A DNA stretch of 64,000 nucleotides from Pocillopora damicornis (lineage: Eukaryota). The notes under the pieces are model-generated. The model made no database searches. It was not told the origin of the DNA and worked only from the letters and a program-made list of their open reading frames with translations. Positions 15,101 through 27,138 of this stretch are shown here, one piece after another (positions within the stretch are counted from its first letter, which is position 1; each line of letters starts with the position of its first letter). The DNA lies in the NCBI RefSeq assembly GCF_003704095.1, contig NW_020846178.1, positions 310,001 to 374,000 on the forward strand, given 5' to 3'. Both the position numbers and the translations under genes were made by a program.

Positions 15101-18100
15101 TTACAGTGTACTTACCACTACTTTGATTTGACAGAAGAGTCTGGGCACTGGTATGGGTGGTCAGAGCGTAGAGGATCTGGAGAGAGTAATAGCAGCCATG
15201 AGACGAGTTGTGGAGAGACTTCAGGGAGAGAATGATCAGTTAAAGAAGACTGTTGGAGCAGGAGGCCCTCAGTATGGTGAAGTGTTAAAGGAAAATAAAC
15301 GGCTCAAGGTAAACCACCTGTTTCAGTTTTAAGGTAGTTACAACGATAACAGGAAGGCAGTGAATAGTGCCAAAAAAAAACCTTTTTTGTCACATTTTTT
15401 GTCTGTTATGATTGTTGTTGTTTGGTTTTTATTGTTTTTGGTGCTGCTCTGTAAGGTACAAAGGGGTCATACATAGGATCGTCCTTGTTTATTTGATGAC
15501 TAAAAAGGAAATGGAATGGAACAACTCTGTAAGCGGAGGTAGTTAGCTTTTTCTCCAACCAGTATCGAAATTTTCAGGAGCCTTTCTTTTTGGTCACTGT
15601 ATTCCCCTTTTGTTGTTTTGGCCTTCCCATTAAGGACCCACCTATTGGAGGAAGGTAAATCCACTTTGTCGTTGGTATTTCTCTCTTTTCCACTCCCCAA
15701 TCTCAACTTCACGCATGGTGCATAGACGCTCGAGCACCTTCTCAAGAGTATGGATATGTTTACACCCCATTAATTGTCCACTTTTCTTGCTCTACATCTT
15801 TACTTAAATGCATTTTTCTGTCTGCTATACCAGCATGAGTTGGAGAAGGCAAAAGTTAGCGAGAAGACCCAGTCCTCCCGTGGAGGTAGTAGTCAGGGAA
15901 ATACAGCTAGACTGGTGACTGAGAACGAGAAACTACTTAAAGATTTAAAAAAGGTACATTGAAACTTGGTCATTGAGTTTGCAGAACAGTTCTCGCGAAT
16001 GTCTAGTCCTTTGTTTGATTTGCTGTCCTTTTCCTCACAGGAAATGGAGAAGGTAGAAAAGTTAAAAACAGCAAACGCTAATCTGGAACAGAGAAAAGAA
16101 GAGCTTGTGAAAGAATTAGAACAGGTAACAAAACTTTGGGCTTGATTTATTGTGTGTTTGGGAAATTTCAATCCACTAAGAAGCGCATAGAATCACCTTG
16201 TTGCTACACTCAGGACAATATCGATAAAAACTAGTTTCCTTTTCTCACAACACGTATCTCTGTTTTTCCTTACCATTTGCCATTGGTGTGATATGAAAAT
16301 CTATTTTGGAATACGTTCTGTATCATTAGTTACATCAAAGACTTTCCGCCTCAAACATGGATGGACTTGATAGTAAAGAATGGAAATCAGTCGTTTTACC
16401 AAAGATATACGAAGAGAAGATGCAAAAACTAGAGGCAGAACTGGAGAAAAAGGTAAGCCTGTCCTCAAATGTGCCTAGAAGCTTCCTGAGGTATTGATAT
16501 ACAGCTATATTTTGAACATCTTTGTCCTAACATCCGATCAGTAATTCGCCAATCTACCTGCTACATTTTTCCTTTTAAATCAGTCGAGAGACGTTGTTTA
16601 TTATATCCAGTTATCCAAAAAACGCTCTCAATCCCAAGTTTGTCTATTCTCATCTCCTTTTCGGTGGATAATGGAGTGGCCCTATCTGTGAATGTTGATT
16701 CCTCTGTGGGTATCATTTTGCCCTCCACCTCCCCACCCATCTCTTGCCTGAATAGCACTGATAAGGTAAGTGGAGAGAAAGGCAGAGAGGAAGGGAAATG
16801 ACAAGGTTTTTCAGAACACCTGACCATGTTTATTTTCCTCAGACAAATCTGTTGAAAGATATCAAGACGTACTTGAAAGCAGCTGCAAACAGAGAAACTG
16901 AGTTAATGAAGAAACAGCAAGAACTTGAGGAAAAGGTTTGTTATTAATTTTGTGTCGATAGAACACTCATTAAAAGAGACTCGGATGTGTAGGTTGGTGC
17001 AGACCCCCAGTGGTTATCTTTTGGAACACCAAAATGACTAGAGGCAGATGTTACGAAAGCGGACAGTATGTATGTAGGGGTTTTGTAGGGGTTTTGTTAA
17101 AAGAACCTGAGCTAGTTTCACTAGTGTTCGCTCATTATGCCCGTTTCTCGATATAAATGTAGGTGCTATTTAAGTAATAGCCGTGATGCTATGTACCATA
17201 GTTTAAACAACTGATCCTGACTCTGCTAATTTTACCTGTGTTTGGTTTTCATTTTATTGGGAACATTAATTCCTTTTTTTTTTGTAGGTTACAATTTTGG
17301 AGCGGTTTCCCGCAAATATAAAAGGTGACAGTGATCTGGTCAAAGAACTTCAACAGACAAGGTAACGTTACGTTTTATCTTTCTGGAAACTTTGAAAAAA
17401 AATTGGAATGATTGCAGCTCAGACTACGCATTGGTGGAGTTTGTTTTGCAGAAATCGTACCTAGCATTTTGTAGACGGGTAACTAGCCTCTGTTACCATG
17501 CTATACCACGCGTGAAGCCTTAGGCTGCCTATTTATTGTTGTTCTTATCGTTTTCTCTCTCGTCGCCTTGGTCGTTATTGTCATTGTGACTGCTTGTTCT
17601 GAAAATTATCCTGTAAAAATTTAATTTTACTTGTTAGATCGTTTATTTAGTCGTTGTTGTCTAGGTTGCGGTTGGCATCTCTCGAGTCAGAGAAAGAAGA
17701 AATTTTACACGAGGTACGGCAACTCAGAAAGATGGGACAGGCAGGTGATCTACCACGTGACTTGGTAAGTTGTGTCTTCTTGGTAGTTTAAGAAACTTTA
17801 CTATTAGATTTTCCATGTAGAAGGATTTTCTCTCGGGTTGTCGATCGTTGGAAGCAACTTACCGAAAGTAACTATGACTTCAGTTATTGAAAGAACGGTT
17901 TAACTAAGAATGATATAAATCCATGTGGGTGACTGACACCAGCACAGCCTGTTCGCTTTAAAAAGGACTTAGTTGCTCTGAGCGTTGATTTTGAAGGTCA
18001 GTAAGTAGTCTAAAAGATGGGTACTTTACACGACCAGTGTACTGTTTCTTAAAACGTGGCATTCTTCTCTTGACGTTCTAGGATAATGAAGAAGTTCTAG

Positions 18101-19147
18101 AGAAATTACGAAACTACGACAGAATGATGGCCGAGGACGTGGAACTGAGGTAACTATTTGAGATTTTTCTTCAACACATTTTCCTAAATGTCAAATTAAG
18201 GATATACAACTTAACAAATCTTTTTGCTACTGTAGCAGTTTTCGTATCAAATACATTAACAGTGATAACTTTCTGATTTCTTTGTAGAACGAGATTGAAA
18301 ACTGTAGAGTTGGAGCGCGATCGAACGTCGCATGAAGTCTCCAAGGTTTGTCTGAGGCAGTTAATTTGTATCTACTCAACCTACACGAGATAGATAGGAC
18401 GAGGCATTTACCCTGTGCCATAGTATATTGAGTCTTGTCACCTTGAAAGGTTGGGTTCTCAATTGTCGGAGCTTTGAAAATCAGATTTGTGCCATCGTCG
18501 TTTAGGAAAAGTGGGGTGTGTCGAACCATTTATCGATTGGACTTTGAAGTTTTCAACTTCTAGCGCTATTTTAATTTCATGGCGAAAAGCTAGTGCGCGC
18601 CTATGCATTCTAAATTGAATAGAACCTCAAAATGCAGTTCTCCTTAACCGCCTAATTAGCACATTTCCGAATACACATTATTCTTGTTCCGAAATGGATT
18701 CTTTTTTCTCATTCTTTCATACCAAAGTTACATTCATTCACATCCAAAATGATCTCGTCTCGACGAATTGTTTTACCCCAGTCTTGCTTTGATAGAGAGG
18801 GTTCAAGGTAACTCGCAGGTGGAATATTCGAGACATCCATGATTATTTTCTTTGTTCCCGATTTCCCCCAAGTTGGAGTTTTAATTAAAGGTCTGGGTCA
18901 TAGTTATTTGTTAGGCGCATCGGGAGAATCATGTATTTTGATACAAATATGTATAAGTGGTTAACTATATCACTTTTTTCAGCTACGAAAAGAACTCGAG
19001 GCCTTTGATCCCGCTTTTTTCGAAGAGATCGAAGACTTGAAGTACAATTACCAAAAGGCTGTTGAAAGGAACGTGTTGTACGAGCGACAGTTAAGGCAGA
19101 TGTCTCGACAGTTTGGAGTTGATGTGAACATTCCTACGGAGGATTAA
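103..19147 (+). CDS. CEP290: Centrosomal protein of 290 kDa (ciliary transition-zone coiled-coil protein), 5'-partial; 39 visible coding exons, about 1645 aa
   Basis: Phase-consistent GT-AG exons: 103-231, 1866-2096, 2324-2497, 2883-2994, 3253-3341, 3499-3612, 3707-3767, 4102-4332, 4616-4863, 5202-5465, 5795-6118, 6344-6406, 7060-7206, [gap], 7796-7903, 8714-8758, 8994-9148, 9432-9519, 9849-9974, 10399-10464, 11012-11083, 11192-11299, 12216-12332, 12499-12654, 13101-13294, 13370-13460, 13878-14009, 14364-14453, 14583-14642, 14949-15032, 15135-15308, 15834-15953, 16041-16124, 16330-16452, 16843-16935, 17288-17361, 17665-17764, 18082-18149, 18288-18345, 18983-19147 (TAA). Recognisable CEP290 motifs: ERLGYLQRHK, TLEMKELNERERADH, EERQLLWEQREVELER, LINELRLRLP, RAPSKTMKHLVERLRNQLALKEKQQK, RWEDNKKWQ, and C-terminal LRKELEAFDPAFFEEIEDLKYNY. 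Confidence 0.96.
385..1460. mobile_element. Composite non-autonomous repeat in a CEP290 intron, with internal direct and inverted repeats
   Basis: Direct duplication of about 57 bp (about 655-710 and 713-769) and an inverted repeat of about 45 bp (1122-1165 vs 1266-1312). No coding capacity; boundaries approximate. Confidence 0.6.
6893..7045 (+). mobile_element. Degenerate tRNA-derived SINE, with a second 3' fragment at about 6725-6795
   Basis: A-box-like TGGCTTCGCAGCTCGGTGG and B-box GAGTTCGAATCT, followed by a non-tRNA body (gcttctt...aaattg...ctgcgagaat) that recurs at 6730-6790. Confidence 0.7.
7669..7768. other. Assembly gap (100 N) inside CEP290
   Basis: Run of N. Confidence 0.99.
9620..9812 (+). 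mobile_element. Degenerate tRNA-related SINE-like repeat
   Basis: tRNA-like 5' half GTAGCTCAGAGGTAGAGCA at about 9725-9743, decayed T-arm, short CTCGGA...TCCGAG hairpin. Not a complete cloverleaf. Confidence 0.55.
11935..12106. mobile_element. Tc1/mariner (pogo/Tigger-like) MITE in a CEP290 intron
   Basis: Imperfect TIRs CAGTAGAATACCGCTAACTTGAA ... TTCGAGTTAGCGGGGTTCTACTG, TA on the left flank (TC on the right), internal repeats of the AACTCGAAC motif. Confidence 0.8.
13715..13872. repeat. Degenerate (TCAT/TTAT)n simple repeat before a CEP290 acceptor
   Basis: Visible TCAT/TTCA runs. Confidence 0.7.
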
Positions 19148-20087
19148 ATTTTTGTGAGCCAGATTCTCCACAGGAAGCAGCGAAAGTTCTACTGCCAAAA
19201 ATACGTTGGCAAATTTCTCAACACTTTCCTAACGAGGGACCTTGCCAAAGACGCGCCCATTTTGCAAAGGCCTTCAGCTGAGATTTTCGTGGGCATAGAA
19301 ATATGCGCCCAAAAGTGCCGCCGCAGTTTTTAATTGAGAAGGCTTGTGAAGAAAAGAATTGCTTTCCCAGAAAAGATTTTGAGAAAAGTGTGTTAAAAAT
19401 GCCATCGAGACGCTGAATTTCTATAGACTTACTGATATCGTGTCAGTCAAAGGAATTCATTGGAACGGACGTGTTCACGATTGAAACGTAAGCTGTGGAA
19501 ACACGTCTTCTTGGCAGAATTAATATTGTTCAGCAATTGTTTGAGGAATGAAATCGAAAAAAAGGGATATACGAACGTATTTTAAGCGGTTTAGAATATT
19601 TATAACTAATTTATTTTTAGAGATAATATTTTTATTGTATAAAAGTCTGGAATTGTGATAATTTTTTTTACAAGAATATAGTAATTGAACATTTGTTGAG
19701 TTCTTAGTCCCCTTAGCTTTGTCTTTATTATTTCCTTTTCGTGTCTTGCCGTCTTTCTCTTGAGTTCCCTGTTACCTTTCGTCTTCTTCGGACATCTCGT
19801 GTCCCTTTGTTTTAATTGTGAATCATCATGTATTCACTTTCCCTTTCCTTCGTCTTAGACATCTCAGTTTTGTTTTATGTGGAGCGTTTTCCGTCATGTT
19901 CCCCACTACCTATCGGCTTCCTTTACTTGTCTCGAGTGAGAAGGAAGCGCAGATGGGATCGTTTGTTTCCAGGTTATTTGTTCCCTTCTTTTTCTGAGAT
20001 TTTTTTCTGATCTATTGGCTTTCACGTTTTCTCTTGACCATTTTGTTACTCATTTCCCTACGTAATCACATTTTCGTTCTCATTGAG

Positions 20088-20093
20088 AATAAA
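20088..20093 (+). terminator. Candidate polyadenylation signal for CEP290
   Basis: First canonical AATAAA I found after the stop at 19147. A TATAAA variant at 19638 followed by T/GT-rich sequence is an alternative. Confidence 0.35.
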
Positions 20094-20531
20094 ACTAAAC
20101 GAACACTCACAATGTGTCGATATTATTTGATCAACATTATTTTCTGGCTGGATGTTCGATTCGTTTGTGACGAGTGAGGCCCAAGAAGGCCATGCAAAGA
20201 AGACTCGAGGAGCCAAACTGAACCCTCTGTATGAAACTCACTTGCTCAGATGATTATAGAGGTGCACACGTTCTGACTGGTCAAATGTACGTTGCATGTC
20301 TAGTGCGATATCGAGAACTAAGAACTGAATGTCTTTAATGAAGAAACATGTAAGACGAAAGGAATGCAGTTTCTCGGATAATCACCTTAGCACTTATACG
20401 AGAAAAATAATCCTTATCAATCTCAGCGATTGATATCGAGTAGTCCTGGTGACTTTGTCTCAAAAATGATCATGTCTACAATATTCATTGTCATCAAACA
20501 TCATCCGACGTCGTCACAGGTAATAGATAGG

Positions 20532-21090
20532 GTAGATAGTTGTACCTACTGTAGACAGTGTAAATAGCTGTACCTAATATAGGCAGTGTGGATAGTTTTA
20601 CTTACTGTAGACAGTGTAGATAGCTCTACCTACTGTACACTGTGTAGATAGTTATACCTCCTGTAGACAGTGTAGATAGCTGTACCTATTGCACTCTGTA
20701 GATAGTTGTACCTACCGTAGACAGTGTAGATAGTTTTACCTACTGTAGACAGTGTGGATAGTTGTACTTACTGTAGACAATGTAGATAGTTGTACCTATT
20801 CTGGACAGTGTAAATAGTTGTACCTACTGTAGACAGTGTAGATAGCTGTACCTACTGTAGACAGTGTAGATAGATGTCCCTACTGTAGACAGTATAAATA
20901 ATTGTACCTACAGTAGACAGTGTAGATAGCTGTACTTACCATAGACAGTGTAGATAACTGTAACTACTGTAGACAGTGTAGATAGTTGTACCTACTATAC
21001 ACAGTGTAGATAGCTGTGCCTACTGTAGACAGTTTAAATAGTTGTACCCGCTGTAGGTAGTGTAGATAGTTGTACTTACTGTGGAAAGTT
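20532..21090. repeat. 28-bp minisatellite, about 20 copies
   Basis: Consensus GTAGATAGTTGTACCTACTGTAGACAGT repeated head to tail with scattered substitutions and no spacers. Confidence 0.95.
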
Positions 21091-21992
21091 GTAGCTACTG
21101 TTACACAATGATACGTCTTACATAAAGCTTCCACAAAATGGCTATATGATGACAGAAAAATACAGCCTACACGAAGGATTTTTACAAAGTGACTGTGTGT
21201 TGTTCTGCTATGCAGCATACACCTTGAAAACGATGGATGCAAACTGTGCGTTCTGTTCCCCAGACAGGTGTATAAACAACAGCTTAAGTAACAGTTGCCT
21301 TTCAATACATTTTGGCTCTTGTTTGACGGTATTTGGGTCGGAAAAGGGCGTCACAGTGGATGAAAAACTGAGATGGAGACCTCCTGTGACGGTCTGTTCA
21401 CCTACACGCTAGAGGTAAGGAACAAACATGATCGTAATTAAAATAACCTTTCTCTGAGCACAATAATCTTGAATTCGAAGCTATAAGATTTTGAGTCTCT
21501 TATCTTTAAAAACTAAGCTGCATATTAGTGACTGGGTACAAACGTCGGACTGAGAACAGCCGTGTAAATCGATCCTATATGTAAACAGTATTTTTTCCAC
21601 AATTTGTTACATTTTATTTTAACTTGCGTATTGTCGCCCAATCACCTCCCTGAGGTAGTCTATCGCGGATCTTTTTGGCCTATTCCTTAGTGGTAAAGAT
21701 AAGCTCTTTTCAGGCCTCAGTCCGACATGAGATGAGGCCTGGAAAGAGCTTGATATTTGTTTATCAATTGAAATAGCGACTGACGCAGAAATTGTGCGAT
21801 GCACTTATCACAAATAGACTGGACTTTCTGACATAATGTGATTCTAATCTATTTGTATTTATATGATAAGTTGAATTTTACACACATTTTGACTGGTTCT
21901 TATCTATGTTCTATTTGAGGATAGATGCAAAGATGACACTGCAACCAACAAAAATTTGCTTTTTTAAGATATAAAACAATTATATTGCCATT

Positions 21993-22118
21993 CGTCTGTT
22001 CTGTCATAGATCACAGGAGATGTTAAAATGTATAAGGAACAAGTGGCTGGGCCTTGTGTGCTACTCTTTTGCTCTTACCACATTTTGACATCATCTTTGA
22101 TCTTTTACTGAACAGACA
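21993..22118. mobile_element. Fold-back (hairpin) interspersed repeat
   Basis: Imperfect inverted arms: gtctgttc...agatcacaggagatgttaaaatgt versus acattttgacatcatctttgatct...gaacagac. Confidence 0.55.
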
Positions 22119-22345
22119 CTAGTGTCCAATAGCAAAATTGGACAGAAGTGTCAAAAATAAAAAGTTGGGCTCTAGTGTCCAAAATAAAAAATTGGTTAGT
22201 ATTGTGTGAAATTAAAAATTAGACACAAGTGTCTAAAATCTTAAATTAGACGTTTGTGTCCAAAATCAACAATTGCACTCTAGCATCTCAGTGTCTAAAA
22301 TAAAAATTGGACACTAGTATCTAAAAAATTGCCATTTTGACTCTT
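22118..22345. repeat. Degenerate tandem repeat of about 30 bp
   Basis: Recurring AGTGTC(C/T)AAAAT...AAATT(G/A)GAC motif. Confidence 0.65.
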
Positions 22346-24352
22346 GTAGCATTACAGCAAGAACTGTAATGAAAGCAGTTTGCTCATTCAAAGTTTCCTC
22401 GATAAGCTGCTTAAATCTATGTAATTTTTGTTAGAAGAGAAAGTTTTATCTTTTTAGTTTTTATTTTGAGCACGTGGCACAGACAAGAAGCAATGGGAAA
22501 ATAAGTTTGAATGAATTGACAATTGCAAGCAAACACTGAGAAAATTATATATTGGATTAGGCATACAATGATAGATGTCTTAAAAGAAATTAGTGGTGCT
22601 GTGTTATTTGATGAGCAAATCTTGATGAAATTTGTTGGTAAGCAAAAACTGTGTAAAGTTAAGACCACAGGGGTAAAAAAACAAACACAACCATAAGAAA
22701 CAATTGACAGATATCTGGTGCAGTTTAACCAACCGTTTTTACTGCAAATACAATGCCCATTGAAATAAACAAGGACAAAACAATCATTTAGCTCAAACGT
22801 TATCTCAGTAGTAGTAGTAGACACCTCAGAGTAGACAGGTATGGTTTGGCTGCCAAAACTAGTCTGTGTCTGGTCTGAGATTTGTTCTATACAAATTTGA
22901 TGTGCATGATTTGGTCCCCTTATCTTTGAGGTGCACTGTAGTTGACTCTGGTGCAGTTAAGTGGTTTGATGAAATTTTCTACATCACTAGTTACACTATT
23001 TTGGATGATTTTGAAATATTTGTCATCTTGCAGTAGACAAAGCTGTAAAACATTTGCACATATTAGGACTTTGGTGGGCTCACATTTGAAGCAATAACGA
23101 CACTATATGTAGTCTCATAGAATTTGTGAAAAATTTAAAAGCAGCATGGTTGTTCCTTAAGCAAAGAGGTTAAGCTTATAACTTATGCTACAGTCTGTTC
23201 TTCAACAGGGGTGCAAAATATATTTTTCACACAATAGTTAGGTATCCTCGCACACTTGCTGAAATTTAGCTACAAACTGATGTATTTCAATCAGGAAATG
23301 CATTTTGTGTAGGTTGCACAAAATTAATGTAATGTACTGCTATATTGATTGATTTATTCTGTGCAAATGTTATTCGGCTCTGTCCTGGTAGTATCACTGC
23401 CAAATACCACTACTAGTCATGCTGTTAACTAAAAAATTTCAATGTCTTGCCTTTTTTTCACCAATATTGTTATTTTGTCTTCCAAGTATACTTTTACTTC
23501 TAAGGGTATTAAGAAGTTCAGATAAAATAAATAGAAGGGGCCATTTTCATATTATGATGAAAAAGTGGTACACTGTGTATAAATTGTCAACAGTCAGAAG
23601 GATTGCCACTCCAAGAATATTTTTTATTTTACAGGCAGGTACATAGGGAAGAATAAAGACAAGCCTCTAACAATGAGAATTTTGGATAAGATTTGGTAAG
23701 TGATCAAAGCTGTGTTTGGATGATAGTTACCTCTGGATAACCACCATATTGAGTAGATTTTTAGACTGGAGATTTATCAGTAACTGGGAAAAAGAAAAAT
23801 TGGTGATTGCTCAACAGTTTGATTTCATTTTTACACGTAAAAGTGAAGAACACCCTTTCTTGCACAAAGGGATGCCTTTCAACAGTAAAGTGTTGGAATG
23901 TTGAGCTGCTAGCTTCAGCTTTTTACTACTTACCACATTTTACAACGTAGCACTAGCAAAATACATTTTCCCCACATCCTCTCCCACAGCATCATTTGAA
24001 TATTGATTGAGTAGCCCATGGAATGTGTGATTCCGTAATGATTATGTTTACTCTCATTAAATATTAAATTAACTTTTAACTGTTTCAGTATGTTCATATG
24101 TAGAGCTTTGACCTTGAGGTGACTGTGTGGCTGAAAGCTCCTTGAGTTACAGTTTGTTGCTGAACAAATTACCTCCTTACATTTCCTTGACAGTCTAAGC
24201 TCCTCACGGTTAGTTGGTCGAGTGATGTTTTTTCGAAATGTAACAGCCTCTGCATTTGGGTCAACTTATTTAATCTGTGAAGTGACAAAGGTGGACTACT
24301 TTGAACTCATCTAGGTTTAAGAGTTCATTTGTCTTCACCACAATAGATGTAA

Positions 24353-24716
24353 TGACTGACAGACTGACTGGCAGACTGACTGTCTGATTGACAGACTGAC
24401 TGACTGTCTGACAGACTGACTGACTGGTAAATTGGCTGGTTGGCTGGCTGGATGACCAACTGACTGACTGGCTGCCCTGTCTGCCCAGTTGACAGACTGA
24501 CTGACTGACTGACTGGGTGACTGACTGGCTGACTGACTGGCTGACTGGCTGACTGACTGGCTGACTGATTGGCTGACTGGCTGACCGACTGACTGACTGA
24601 TTGACTGACTGACTGACTAACTAATTGCTGACTGGCTGACTGGCTGACTGATTGGCTGACTGACTGAGTGACTGACTGACTGACAGGCTAGGTGGCAGGC
24701 TGGTTGACTGATCAAC
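24353..24716. repeat. Compound (GACT)n/(GGCT)n tetranucleotide microsatellite
   Basis: Directly visible GACT/GGCT/GACA runs over about 360 bp. Confidence 0.95.
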
Positions 24717-25159
24717 TGAATTTATAACATAGTGAGTTACTGAAAGAGTAACAAATTGACTTATTCAGAAATGTTGAATGATTACAGACCGAACCTACCT
24801 GTACATGCACTAGGGTTTTAAATTGATTTATTGCCTTTCCATTTGCCTATTTCTGTCTCAAAGGATCAACATTGTTTTCACTTTTGGGGTGGTCTGTGAA
24901 ACTGAAAAGGGCAATCATTGATAAGAAAAAATGTGCATGCCTCTTTCAATTTAAAGGAAAATGCGTACCACTGTATCACTTGATTCAGATGCACCACCTG
25001 AATACTGCTTCATTTGGGTTGTTGTGAAAGTAAATTGTCGAAACTTGGCAACTGTCTCCTTTTTCTCTCTCTCTACGTGTTTTTGTTCAAGGGCTGACTA
25101 TAGCAGTATTTCAAGCATTCAGCAGTATTTCAAGCATTCAGCAGTATTTCAAGCATTCA

Positions 25160-25850
25160 GCAAATAAAGCAGCTTATTTCGAAGGCGAGAAAACGCGTAG
25201 GAATGCTCGGCAGGCTTCGTAGAAGCGTCATTAGAGAGAGTGCAAATATAGTTTATTGTAGTCTAATTAGGACAATATTAGAATACTGTGTAAGTGTGAG
25301 GGGCTACTGCGGGGAAGGTCACAAACATGGCCTTGAAGCTCTCAAAAACCGGGCTGCCAGAATAGTTGCAAGAACTGTGCGCAGCAACCCGGCAATGGAC
25401 GTTTTGAAATGGCCCACGCTGGAGGAGCGCCGTCGTAAAACTGTTTTTAAACTCGTTAAGAAATGCCTGCAAGGTCAATGTCCCCAATATTTTAAAGAAT
25501 ATTTTAAACGTAATAATACAATTTACGCCCGCGCCACTAGACGAAGCAACCTTTTACATCCACCTGCTGTGAGGACTGAGATCGCAAAACGATCTTTCTG
25601 TTACTATGGGTGCACTCTTTTTAACGAACTATCTTGATGGTATTGCGTATTTATTTACTTCTAAATTTTTTATTTGTACATAGTTTTCTATCTATAATGC
25701 TATCAGTATCAGTGTAATGCATATGTATACCATAGTTTTAGTACATTGTTGTGCTCAGGGCTCCCATTGATAACAGACAGCTTTTTGCATCTGAAGGGGC
25801 TACCCTGAGCGGTATAAGTCAATAAAGGTTCTTCTTCTTCTTCTTCTTCT
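25160..25850 (+). mobile_element. 5'-truncated non-LTR retrotransposon (L2/CR1-like LINE): ORF2 C-terminus, 3'UTR and (CTT)n tail
   Basis: ORF 25203-25637 with post-RT motifs (YCSLIRTILEYC, LKNRAARIV, LKWPTLEERR, CPQYF, RTEIAKRSFCYYG..LFNEL), a 3' stem-loop at 25753-25810, AATAAA at 25821 and a (CTT)7 tail at 25829-25850. Confidence 0.9.
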
Positions 25851-25938
25851 AGTAGTTTCACACTTTATTACAAGTCTTAAAATCAAATAAAAATAAGCCC
25901 AATAACTCAAACTGTATCCAAACTGTTTCTGTTTTCAG

Positions 25939-27138
25939 GTCCTTCTGACGCAAACAAAGGAAGCCACGCCTCAAGTCACATTAAGACTACAACTTCACAT
26001 AACAAGGTCGCATATTTCTTTCAAGTGCAAGTCACAAACAGGTATTTTAATAGTATTATTACAGTGCCACTTAAAAGTGGCACTGTATGTTCTCACTTGA
26101 GTTTGATTCTGTGTATTTAATCTCATCTTCGCACATTTCTATACAAAAAAAAAAACGAGATGTGGCCTTTAGTACGCGAGATTTATTCTAACACTATCGG
26201 CTCTACCGAGTGAATTTGGGGGGGAGGGGGGTGGTTAGGAGTCGTGTACGTTAGACAGGTTATCATTCAATTAACCCTCAAAACGTAGATGGATTACTGT
26301 AAGGAATCTAGAATATAGGAAGTCAAATCAGAGTATATGGGGCTAAATGAAACGATCGAGAACAGTTTGAAAACGCGTGCATTTAAGTAAAAAATGTTTT
26401 CCAGTAAAACGAATTGTCATACAGTTGTTAGAATATAGTTCGTTACTATAGGCAACAAGGACGTGGCCAATGAAAAACTTTTAGTGAGCGCATCAATTGC
26501 TCAACACGTGCTAATAAAATTGTATACATTTCTTAGCTGTCCTCTGCAAAACAACAACGTTAAGTCGCCAAAATTTACGTAACTAAATCTACCCTTTAGC
26601 GAAATTCTGAAGAACACATAAATTCTTTTTTACATGATCATGTATCATACAAATTCCATGCAAAAATTAAATTCCATGCTACCCGAGGGATTGAAGTGTT
26701 ATCCAAATTCTCAAATGCAATGACAGCACTTGGTCTGTTGTTTTTCTATGTCCTCAGTTTTCTTGTCATTGCTTTTTCCTTTCTGTTATGCTGATAGACT
26801 TTTACTGTCCTCTCTTGTAGTTAATGTTGTTGATAATTTGCTGCCATTTTATTTCTATGAAATACGATGATTGGGTAAATAATGACACAGAGAAAAAGCT
26901 CATTGCATTCTACGTTGTAATTTTAATTTTCTCTTGACAGCTTATTTATTCATCAATGATTTTCAATTTACTTCAGATTGACAAGAAGAAAAGCAAGAGT
27001 CCAGAGAAAAATGTCAACCTTGAGAAAACACAAGTTAAGGTCGATACGCCGTCTTCCCCGTCCACACACTCCATCGGACAAGAAGTTAAAGCTGTGTACC
27101 TTGTGGTAACAACAGCTTGTAATACGCATGTGTATTAA
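25939..27138 (+). other. Two possible exons of an unidentified or decayed gene
   Basis: 25939-26006 (tttcAG...AAG|GT; PSDANKGSHASSHIKTTTSHNK) joins in frame to 26977-27138 (ttcAG; IDKKKSKSPEKNVNLEK...HVY*), followed by AATAAA near 27175. No consistent upstream exon found. Confidence 0.25.

Noticed and set aside
15132-15137. NAGNAG alternative acceptor in CEP290
   Set aside because: CAGAAG would change only one lysine; this is common and unremarkable without expression data.
20532-21090. CRISPR-like array (28-bp repeat)
   Set aside because: Units are contiguous with no unique spacers, there are no cas genes, and the context is eukaryotic; it is a minisatellite.
21146-23695. Additional spliced gene downstream of CEP290
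   Set aside because: Isolated donor/acceptor-like sites exist (21414, 22858, 23635-23695, and minus-strand near 21645), but I could not build a stop-free, phase-consistent model.
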